Of a stretch of 64,000 nt of DNA, positions 27,658 to 35,753 are shown one piece after another (the first letter of the stretch is position 1; the number at the start of each line of letters is the position of its first letter). A program made the translations under genes and the position numbers. Source of the stretch: Anaerolineae bacterium (GTDB lineage Bacteria > Chloroflexota > Anaerolineae > B4-G1 > SLSP01); assembly GCA_049974845.1 (NCBI GenBank), contig JBNGCP010000002.1, positions 47,127 through 111,126 of the forward strand, given 5' to 3'. The notes beneath the pieces are model-generated. The model did not search any database. It was given only the letters and a program-made list of their open reading frames with translations, and was not told the origin of the DNA.

Positions 27658-28197
27658 ATGGCAAATCTCTGGCACGACTTACCACCGGGCACCAACGCTC
27701 CAGACATTATCTATGTGATCGTGGAGATTCCTAAGCGGTCCCGGAACAAATACGAATATGATAAACAGGGCGGGTTCGTGAAGCTGGACCGGGTCCTTTA
27801 CTCCTCGCTCCACTACCCGGGTGATTACGGCTTCATCCCACGAACGCACTATGATGATGGTGATCCGATGGACGTCCTCGTGATGGTCAACGAACCGTCC
27901 TTTCCGGGATGTGTGATTGAGGCTCGACCGATCGGGATCTTCCGAATGCGCGATCGCGACGTGCCCGACGACAAGATCCTGGCCGTGCCGGCCACCGATC
28001 CGATGTACGATGGTTACGAGAGCCTCGACGACGTTGCCCCGCACTTCCTCGACGAGGTCACCCACTTCTTCTCAGTCTACAAGGACCTCCAACACGTCCG
28101 CGTCGAGACGCTGGGATGGGAGGGCCGCGAAGCAGCCCTCGCTGAGATCGACCGGTCCATCGCGCTCTATGCACAGTACCCCCGCACGGGGGCCTAG
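27658..28197 (+). CDS. ppa: Inorganic pyrophosphatase
   Basis: Family I PPase signature (EIPKRSRNKYEYD, DGDPMDVLV). AGGAGGGAAGG RBS before ATG 27658. Confidence 0.9.
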   Translation: MANLWHDLPPGTNAPDIIYVIVEIPKRSRNKYEYDKQGGFVKLDRVLYSSLHYPGDYGFIPRTHYDDGDPMDVLVMVNEPSFPGCVIEARPIGIFRMRDRDVPDDKILAVPATDPMYDGYESLDDVAPHFLDEVTHFFSVYKDLQHVRVETLGWEGREAALAEIDRSIALYAQYPRTGA

Positions 28198-28259
28198 CAC
28201 GGACGCCCTACCCAGGCGTCTCGGCGCCGACGCACCGGGTCACCCGCACACCTCACGGG

Positions 28260-30002
28260 CTACGGCAGACGCTCGACGTACACGTAGTAGGCGCCCACCT
28301 CGGTGCCGTCCTCGAGCGCCAGGGTTGTCGCCAGCTGCACCTCGCCTGCGTTTAGGTCGACGACAAACGTCACCGCCTGATCGTCGCGCCCAATCGGCTT
28401 TCGCGCCTCGTAAGCGCCGATGCGTAGGCTGGCACTCTGAAGGGCCAGGGCCCGCCCGCCGCCCCATCCCTCTTTGATCTCGGTTCGAAACGGCTTGAGC
28501 GGCCCCGGGATCCCTTCCACCAGCGCCCGCGCCTCCTCGCAGGGCCACCGGCGGAGTTCAAACCGGTAGCGACCGGCCTCCGCCACTTCGATCTCCCAGG
28601 ACCCGTTGCAGAGGTGCCCGGCCCGGATCATCGCCTGGTTCCAGGCGCAGTCCACGGGATCGTTCCGCCAGTCATGGGTGGTCAGACGGACCGCCTCGCC
28701 CACCTCAACGCCAATTGGTATGGGAATCGTCTCATCGAACTGCCGCGAGACCTTTTCCCACCACGCTTCATAGCCCTCTCGAAGGCGCGCGACCACATCG
28801 GGATGGGCATCGGCCACGTCAAACTGCTGCGCAGGGCTCTGCTGGATATCGTAGAGCTCCTTCCCATTGATCAGGCGCCAGCGCTGCGTCATCGTCGCGC
28901 TCTTTCGCCACTTGATCGGATAGGCGACGCGCTGAGAGTCAGTGACGAGGATGCGATCGGGCCACTCGGCGGCCTCTCCCCGAAGCAGCGGCGCGAGGCT
29001 CATGCCGTCGAAGGTATGACCACCGGGATCGATACCACAGAGATCCAGGAGCGTAGGCATAATGTCGACGTTGGCCGTCAGCTGGCTCACGTCCCTTCCT
29101 CCGACTACGCCGCCCGCCGGCCAGCGGATGAAGAAGGGCACACGATGCCCGCCTTCGTACTCCGATCCCTTGATGCCACGCATGCCGGCGTTATACCCGG
29201 CAACCACGAACTGATCCTCGTCCAGCGTCGCACCGCCGGACGTGCCGTTGTCCGTCATGAAGATCATAATCGTGTTCTCGGTCAGCCCCCAGCCTTCCAG
29301 CCTCTCGAGCAACACACCCAGGTTCTCATCGATGGCCGTGATCATGCCGTAGAAGTTGGCCCGGTCCTGATGCTCGACGGCGTCGACGTAGGGCGCGCTG
29401 TACCCATCGTCGACGATGTAGGGGGAATGGGGTGCATTGGTGCTGAGATAGCAGAAGAACGGATGCTCGCGATGACGCTCGATGAACGCCAGCGCCTCGT
29501 CGAACCAGATGTCGGTGCAGTACCCCTCGAAGGGCGTCCACCTGCCGTTCACGGCATAGACGTCGTCGTTGTAGTTGTTCCCCCAATAGTCCGGTGTCTG
29601 CCCCACCCCGCCGCCGCCGTGAGCGACCACGTGCTGAAATCCTCGATCCTGTGGACGATAGGGCGCGTTGTCGCCCAGGTGCCACTTCCCGAACAGGCCC
29701 GTCACGTAACCCGACTCTGAGAGTGCGGTCGCCAGGCTCCATTCGTCCCGGCGCAGCAGTGACCGCCCCCCGATCGTGTGCCAGACGCCCGTGCTATTGT
29801 GATAGTGTCCGGTCAGCAGGCCTGCCCGCGTGGGAGCACACGTGGGCCCCACGTGATAATCCGTCAGGCGGACGCTCTCCTCATAGAGTGCGTCCATATG
29901 CGGCGTCTTGATCACGGGGTTGCCGTGGCAGCCCAGATCACCATATCCTTGATCGTCAGTCAGCACGAAGACGATGTTGGGTCGACGTTGCCGGTCGGGC
30001 AT
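28260..30002 (-). CDS. Cys-type sulfatase (arylsulfatase family) with C-terminal extension domain
   Basis: NIVFVLTDDQGYGDLGCHG, signature CAPTRAGLLTGHY, GKWH and TDNG motifs. 580 aa. Confidence 0.85.
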   Translation of the reverse strand: MPDRQRRPNIVFVLTDDQGYGDLGCHGNPVIKTPHMDALYEESVRLTDYHVGPTCAPTRAGLLTGHYHNSTGVWHTIGGRSLLRRDEWSLATALSESGYVTGLFGKWHLGDNAPYRPQDRGFQHVVAHGGGGVGQTPDYWGNNYNDDVYAVNGRWTPFEGYCTDIWFDEALAFIERHREHPFFCYLSTNAPHSPYIVDDGYSAPYVDAVEHQDRANFYGMITAIDENLGVLLERLEGWGLTENTIMIFMTDNGTSGGATLDEDQFVVAGYNAGMRGIKGSEYEGGHRVPFFIRWPAGGVVGGRDVSQLTANVDIMPTLLDLCGIDPGGHTFDGMSLAPLLRGEAAEWPDRILVTDSQRVAYPIKWRKSATMTQRWRLINGKELYDIQQSPAQQFDVADAHPDVVARLREGYEAWWEKVSRQFDETIPIPIGVEVGEAVRLTTHDWRNDPVDCAWNQAMIRAGHLCNGSWEIEVAEAGRYRFELRRWPCEEARALVEGIPGPLKPFRTEIKEGWGGGRALALQSASLRIGAYEARKPIGRDDQAVTFVVDLNAGEVQLATTLALEDGTEVGAYYVYVERLP

Positions 30003-30030
30003 CGGTCACCGCCTGTGAGCTACAGAAGGC

Positions 30031-31299
30031 TTACGCATTCTTGATCCGATCGAGATCCCCATCCCGAGCCGCATAGAGGACGGAGCCCATATATTCGTCG
30101 ACCATCTCCGGCATCAGCGGCACCGGCATGTTCTCCAGCTTCATCTTGAGCTGGGGGTTCTTCGCAGCGGTCAAAGCGCGCTCAATGTGCGCGTCGCTGA
30201 AGCCTTCCACCTCGCGCAAGGTCGTCGGCAGCCCAATCGCATCCTCAAAGGCGATCATCGCCTCGGCCACGGCCTCCCCCAGCGCGCGACCGCTGAGTCG
30301 CTCCAAATCCGCATCGGTATAGCCGGCCTCCTTGAAGAGCCTGCCCACGACCTTGAGCGGGCGCTCGATAGCCGGCGCAAAGAAGACCGTGTAGTAGGGA
30401 TTCATCAGCGCGCAGGCGCGCCCGTGGGGCAGCACGTCGACGAGAGAAAAGCTCGTCAGGTGCCCACCATTGGTGCCGCCCAGCATAATCGCGTAGCCGC
30501 CCAGATCGGTCGCCAGTCCCAACGCCTCTCTACCCGGCGCGTCCGCAAGGTTGTCCAGGACCGACGGCAGGTACTCAACGACGAGCCGGATGCTCTCTGT
30601 CGCGACCCCCTCGATCCTGCCGTAGTCGGGACGGTCCACTGCCCCATAGAGCACCTCCAGCGAATGGGACACGCCATCCATTGCGCCATCAGCCGTCAGC
30701 GACGCTGGCGCCGTGAACGTCACAGCGTAATCGAAGATCGGCTGCTGGGGCACGATGGCGTCATCGACGATAAGCTTCTTCTGACCCGTCTCAAGATTCG
30801 TGATGTTCGAGTACTTGGTCAGGTGCGCGGCAGAGCTGGCAGCGGTCTGAACCGCCACGTGGGGCGTGAGCGCGCGCCCTTGGCGCTTCATCGTCTCGGT
30901 GACCAGCCCCGTGCCAAAGTAATCCTCGATATCGCCCCCGAGGTCGTGAAGCACGATCGCAGCTTTAGCGGCGTCGATGTTGCTCCCCCCGCCGAAGCTG
31001 ACCACCACGTCAGGCGCCAGCTCACCTAGCTGCTCGGTGATGCGCACCAGGTCCTCCACCGGCGCGTTGGGCGCCGGGCTGTCGATCTCATCCACGACCT
31101 CGACCCCGGCCCGATCGAGTGAGTGTCGAATCGTCCAGACGAAGCCATCCGAACCACGGAAGCCGCTCCGGATCAGGGCAGCCCGCGTGCCTTGCGGGGC
31201 CGTCACCTCCCCCACGCCGGACAGCACGCCCAAGCCGTAGCGATAGCTTCCCTGCTTGAACTCGTCGAGCAAACGCCTTGCCTTCTCAAAACCTACCAC
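30031..31299 (-). CDS. Iron-containing (group III) alcohol dehydrogenase family protein
   Basis: Fe-ADH GGGS motif VVVSFGGGSNIDAAKA. Metal-binding His region DGVSHSLEVLYG. It sits 28 nt upstream of the sulfatase gene on the same strand. Confidence 0.8.
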   Translation of the reverse strand: MVGFEKARRLLDEFKQGSYRYGLGVLSGVGEVTAPQGTRAALIRSGFRGSDGFVWTIRHSLDRAGVEVVDEIDSPAPNAPVEDLVRITEQLGELAPDVVVSFGGGSNIDAAKAAIVLHDLGGDIEDYFGTGLVTETMKRQGRALTPHVAVQTAASSAAHLTKYSNITNLETGQKKLIVDDAIVPQQPIFDYAVTFTAPASLTADGAMDGVSHSLEVLYGAVDRPDYGRIEGVATESIRLVVEYLPSVLDNLADAPGREALGLATDLGGYAIMLGGTNGGHLTSFSLVDVLPHGRACALMNPYYTVFFAPAIERPLKVVGRLFKEAGYTDADLERLSGRALGEAVAEAMIAFEDAIGLPTTLREVEGFSDAHIERALTAAKNPQLKMKLENMPVPLMPEMVDEYMGSVLYAARDGDLDRIKNA

Positions 31300-31455
31300 G
31301 GTGACCTCCCATCGATGGCTACGGTAAGATCAGAGACAGCCCACATCGCCGCGTTCACGAGCGGCGCTCCACAGCGAATTGACACGTCGCGCTGGCCTCA
31401 GTATAGTGGGCGTGCATCACGTTTCAAGTTTAGGTGTGCGGGAGGACAAACATCG

Positions 31456-32784
31456 ATGAAGCAGCTCAAGGTATCCGAGAACCACTACTATCTGACCTAC
31501 GCCGATGGCACACCCTTCTTCTACCTGGGCGACACGGCGTGGGAGCTCTTCCACCGTCTCGATCACGAGGAGGCCCGGCACTATCTTGAGAACCGCGCAG
31601 CCAAGGGATTCACCGTCATCCAGGCGGTCGTCCTCTCGGAGCTGAACGGGCTCACGGAGCCCAATCCCTACGGCGAGCTTCCATTGGTCGATGAAGACCC
31701 GACGCGGCCCAACGAGGCCTACTTTGGGCACGTCGACGCCATCGTCGAGCAGGCGGAGGAGCTTGGACTCTTCATTGGGATGCTGCCGACCTGGGGGAGC
31801 AAGTGGAAGCAGGTCGACGCCCGCTCGCGTCCGATCTTCGACGTCGATAACGCCTTCACCTACGGGAGGTTCGTCGGCGGCAGATACCGGGACGCAGACA
31901 TCATCTGGATTCTCGGCGGAGATCAGAACATCGAAAGCCCGGGCGAGGCTGCTGTCATCGAAGCGATGGCGCGCGGCCTACGGGAAGGTGACAGCGGCGC
32001 TCACCTGATCACCTACCATCCGCGCGGCCCCGGCCTCTCATCCGATTTCCTCCACGACGCCTCATGGCTGGACTTCAATATGATCCAGTCCTCCCACGGC
32101 GCTCGGGACCACGACAACGGTGTCTTTGTCGAGCGCGACCGCCAGCGGTTACCGCCCAAGCCGACGATCGACGGGGAGCCCCGTTACGAGACGATCCCGG
32201 CGGGCTTTTACAACGCCGGGGTTGCCCATAACATCCGCTTCGACGCCTACGATGTGCGGCAAGCCGCGTATTGGGCGCTCCTGGCCGGTGCCTGCGGTCA
32301 CACCTACGGAAACAATAACATCTGGCAGATGTGGCAACCGGGCCGGGAGCCCGTCATTCACGCGGCGATTCCCTGGTATGAGGCTTTGGATCATCCCGGC
32401 GCCTTCCAAATGGGGTTGGCGCGCCGGCTCTTCGAATCCCGACCCTATCAGCGGCTCGTTCCCGATCCCTCCATCATCGTCAACGGACCCCGGGACGGGG
32501 GCGCCAAAATCCGAGCTGCCCTGGCGGACGATGGCTCATTTGCCTTCGTCTATAGCCCGCGCGGCGAACGCTTCACCATCAGAACCGATGTGATCGGCAA
32601 ACGGAAGGTCCAAGCCACGTGGTTCGATCCCCGCTACGGAATCACCACGCCTATCCACATCGGCGGCAACCAGGGTTTCCAGACCTTCGTGCCGCCCACG
32701 AGCGGACGGGGATATGACTGGGTCCTCGTGCTTGACGATCCTGAGCGCGGCTTTCCGCCTCCCGGTTCGCAGCCGTTCAGCTAG
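31456..32784 (+). CDS. DUF4038/GH140-like putative glycoside hydrolase
   Basis: N-terminal YLTYADGTPFFYLGDTAWELFHRL...GFTVIQAVVL matches the DUF4038 (GH140 apiosidase-type) pattern. GGAGGA RBS before ATG 31456. The ORF-track upstream extension is spurious. Confidence 0.6.
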   Translation: MKQLKVSENHYYLTYADGTPFFYLGDTAWELFHRLDHEEARHYLENRAAKGFTVIQAVVLSELNGLTEPNPYGELPLVDEDPTRPNEAYFGHVDAIVEQAEELGLFIGMLPTWGSKWKQVDARSRPIFDVDNAFTYGRFVGGRYRDADIIWILGGDQNIESPGEAAVIEAMARGLREGDSGAHLITYHPRGPGLSSDFLHDASWLDFNMIQSSHGARDHDNGVFVERDRQRLPPKPTIDGEPRYETIPAGFYNAGVAHNIRFDAYDVRQAAYWALLAGACGHTYGNNNIWQMWQPGREPVIHAAIPWYEALDHPGAFQMGLARRLFESRPYQRLVPDPSIIVNGPRDGGAKIRAALADDGSFAFVYSPRGERFTIRTDVIGKRKVQATWFDPRYGITTPIHIGGNQGFQTFVPPTSGRGYDWVLVLDDPERGFPPPGSQPFS

Positions 32785-35033
32785 TACGCCAGAGGAAGCA
32801 CGATGGCGTCATCCTGAAGCCGCTCGCCGTTGGCGTTATAGGCCGGCAGACGCTCTCCGGAGTCGAGTACGTAGGTACCCACGAGGAGCTTCATCCCGCT
32901 GTCGGACGCAGGCGCGGACGGAATCTCATGGGTGTCCGGCACGATCTCCCCTGGTCTCCACCATGAGGTGGGATAAGCGCCGCCGCGTGGCGGGCCGTCC
33001 CCCTGAGCGATCAACGTATCCGTCCCGTCCAGGAGATGGACGAAGACGGTGTAGTCGGCCGATGGGCCTTCGGTGGCATGCCAATAGAGCGTCACCAGGA
33101 GCGCATTGTCATCCCGCCTGATTTCATACGCCGACAGCTCGATGGCCGGACCAAGGCGATACTCTAGGGGAACAGCGGAGGCGGGAATGTCCTGTTCCTC
33201 TCGGATGGCCCACGGGCCGATGGTCGCGTGATCATCGCCGTCCGTCGTCATCGCCAGCCGATCCCTTTCCTCGTCCAGCAACCCCACTCTCAGCCAGTAG
33301 AGCGCGGGGGCGGGCGTCCACGCTGGCACCTCCAGGGTCACGGAATGGGCCACGACATCGCCCGGCTGCCACAACTGACATGGATAGAGCGTACCTCCAA
33401 GCCAGCGACTGTCGCCGGCAACGCGCGCGGTGGGGTCGAGGCCGCTCAACTGGACCCACGCGGCAAGCAGTGTCAAGGGACTCTCGTCCGCCTGCCAATA
33501 GAGCGTCACCGGCAGTTGTGCTCCCGGCTCTAGATCCTGTTCACCGAGCTCATATCCCACCAAGCGCACCGCGCCAAAGTCCGTCTCCACGACCGTCGTC
33601 GCGGAGGACGGCACGCCCTTTTGTAGATACGGGGTCGCGAAGGCCGGGCGGATGAGCAGCCAAGGCGCCAACGCGGCAAAGGTAAGACCGAGACCGCATG
33701 CCACGCAGACCAGCACACGCCGTCTGGGCAGCGGCAACTGAGATACGCCCCAGGCACCCCACACACCGATCGCAGCGAGTGTAGGGAAGAGCAGACGCCC
33801 GTAGGGGGCGCCGGTGGCGCTAGCCCACCGGGTCAGGGCTAAGAAGTTCATCACGAAGGCCAGTCCGAGGAAGAGCATGCCGAACCGGCTGTTTCGAGTC
33901 TGCTGCCAGAAGGCACCGCCCGGCAGCAGCGACCTCACGATCCCGACCAGCGCCAGAGCTCCAAAGCTCCCCACAACCCCGTAGACCCATTTCGGCGCGG
34001 TGATGAGCGTCCAGCCGAAGGCCGCCCAGAACGACTGAAACGTAGCCCCCAGCGCCTTCCAGTCATATCGTGTCAGCGGCACCTGAATCTGATAGTGCGG
34101 GACCGTTCCAAGCGGATCTTGGTGACGCAGAAGGTTCACCCAATACCAGCTCCCGCCCACAACGAGGGCGGCCAGTCCGAAGGCCGCCGCGCGCCTGAAA
34201 AGACACCAAAAACCACGAGAGCCACGGGGCCTCTGGGTGTGGTTCGTACAGCCATGCAGAGCCGCCAATCCGCCCAGCGGGAGCAGCATCAGGCCGCTCT
34301 GCTTGGTCAAGAGACCTAAGCCCACCAACGCACCCACCAACGCCCACCGTTGCCACGAGGCGTCATCGTACGCCAGCCGCAGCATAGCGTAGAGTGATAG
34401 GGTAGAGAGAGCGATGATCAAGGGGTCGTTGCTCACCGCGGCACTCCCGGCGAGAAACTGCGGCGTCAACATCACAACCGCTACTGCGCCCAGGCGAAGC
34501 AGCGGGCGTCCGGGCCAGAGAAGGTCGGCGATCAAATAGATGCCGACTAAGGCCGCAGCCCCGAGAAGCATGGAGACCACCCGCAGCAACGCCGTCGCGC
34601 GCACCATAGCGCTTTCCGTCAGGCTCTCGCCCGGCAGGTGGACAAAGACATTCTTGTTCCACGCCTCGGAGCCCCGCTGCGGCGCAAAACCAACCTCCCA
34701 GCTCGGGCTCGGCACAAGCCGGCCCGGAAGATCCTCCATCGTCGTCCAGCACGTCAGCAAGGCGCCGAGCGCGTGATAGAGCGGCGGTGCGTAGTAGAGC
34801 GGTGGGTCGTGATAGCTAACCAGCCACGCCATATTCGGCCCGGTATCGGCGCGCCGTGGGGGGATCTGGTAAGGGACAAGCCTGCCCGTGCGCCGGATGT
34901 AGCGAATGACCTGCAGATGCGACGACTCATCCGGCGCCTCGAACACAGGCGTCACAACCGCGTAGGTCACGCTCAACGCCACGTAGACCGCCAGCATCAG
35001 GCCCAGCGCGACCCGGTGGGCTCGATCGATCAT
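32781..35033 (-). CDS. ArnT/PMT-family membrane glycosyltransferase (GT39/GT83-like) with large C-terminal extracytoplasmic domain
   Basis: More than 10 TM helices. N-terminal loop motif EAPDESSH (D-E-x-x-H type). 750 aa. Confidence 0.6.
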   Translation of the reverse strand: MIDRAHRVALGLMLAVYVALSVTYAVVTPVFEAPDESSHLQVIRYIRRTGRLVPYQIPPRRADTGPNMAWLVSYHDPPLYYAPPLYHALGALLTCWTTMEDLPGRLVPSPSWEVGFAPQRGSEAWNKNVFVHLPGESLTESAMVRATALLRVVSMLLGAAALVGIYLIADLLWPGRPLLRLGAVAVVMLTPQFLAGSAAVSNDPLIIALSTLSLYAMLRLAYDDASWQRWALVGALVGLGLLTKQSGLMLLPLGGLAALHGCTNHTQRPRGSRGFWCLFRRAAAFGLAALVVGGSWYWVNLLRHQDPLGTVPHYQIQVPLTRYDWKALGATFQSFWAAFGWTLITAPKWVYGVVGSFGALALVGIVRSLLPGGAFWQQTRNSRFGMLFLGLAFVMNFLALTRWASATGAPYGRLLFPTLAAIGVWGAWGVSQLPLPRRRVLVCVACGLGLTFAALAPWLLIRPAFATPYLQKGVPSSATTVVETDFGAVRLVGYELGEQDLEPGAQLPVTLYWQADESPLTLLAAWVQLSGLDPTARVAGDSRWLGGTLYPCQLWQPGDVVAHSVTLEVPAWTPAPALYWLRVGLLDEERDRLAMTTDGDDHATIGPWAIREEQDIPASAVPLEYRLGPAIELSAYEIRRDDNALLVTLYWHATEGPSADYTVFVHLLDGTDTLIAQGDGPPRGGAYPTSWWRPGEIVPDTHEIPSAPASDSGMKLLVGTYVLDSGERLPAYNANGERLQDDAIVLPLAY

Positions 35034-35057
35034 ATCCCTAAAGAACGTGCCTGGGAC

Positions 35058-35750
35058 TCAAGCGCGGTACGACACCTCTGCCACGCTCGCGCGCAGCGCG
35101 GCGACGTTCTCTGCCACGGATCTCGGGCCACCGTAGATGCTGGAACCGGAGATCAAGACCGTCGCCCCGGCCTCGACAAGGCGGGGCGCTGTCTCGGCAT
35201 CGACGCCGCCGTCTACCGCGATGGGCACCCAGCGCTCACCCTGATCAAGCCACTCACGAAGACGGTGGATCTTGTCAAGCTGCGTCTCGATCAGCGCTTG
35301 ACCGCCCCATCCAGGACTGACCGTCATGATCTGGATGAGATCCACCATATACAGGACCTCCTCCAGCGTCACCAGCGGCGTCCCCGGATTGAGCGTCACG
35401 CCGGCCTCGATCCCCAGCTGACGGATTTGCGTCAGGACGAGATGAAGGTCGCGGCAGGCCTCCTGATGCACGATCAGGCGATCGGCGCCCGCCTTGGCGA
35501 AAGCCTCAAGATGGCGCTCCGGTTCGACAATCATCAGATGCACATCCAGCGGCAGACTTACGCGGGAGCGAAGCGCCTTCACCACACCAGGGCCAAAGGT
35601 GATGTTCGGCACAAAGACACCATCCATCACGTCGATCTGAATGACGTCGACGCCTGCCGCCTCGGCCTCCTGCGCGTCCTCGCCCAGACGCGCAAAGTCT
35701 GCCGAAAGGATCGAAGCCTCCAGGATAACCGACCGTCGCGCTTCCGTCAT
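35058..35750 (-). CDS. rpe: Ribulose-phosphate 3-epimerase
   Basis: ILSADFARLGED, HLMIVEP, DGGV motifs of Rpe. Confidence 0.9.
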   Translation of the reverse strand: MTEARRSVILEASILSADFARLGEDAQEAEAAGVDVIQIDVMDGVFVPNITFGPGVVKALRSRVSLPLDVHLMIVEPERHLEAFAKAGADRLIVHQEACRDLHLVLTQIRQLGIEAGVTLNPGTPLVTLEEVLYMVDLIQIMTVSPGWGGQALIETQLDKIHRLREWLDQGERWVPIAVDGGVDAETAPRLVEAGATVLISGSSIYGGPRSVAENVAALRASVAEVSYRA

Positions 35751-35753
35751 CGT

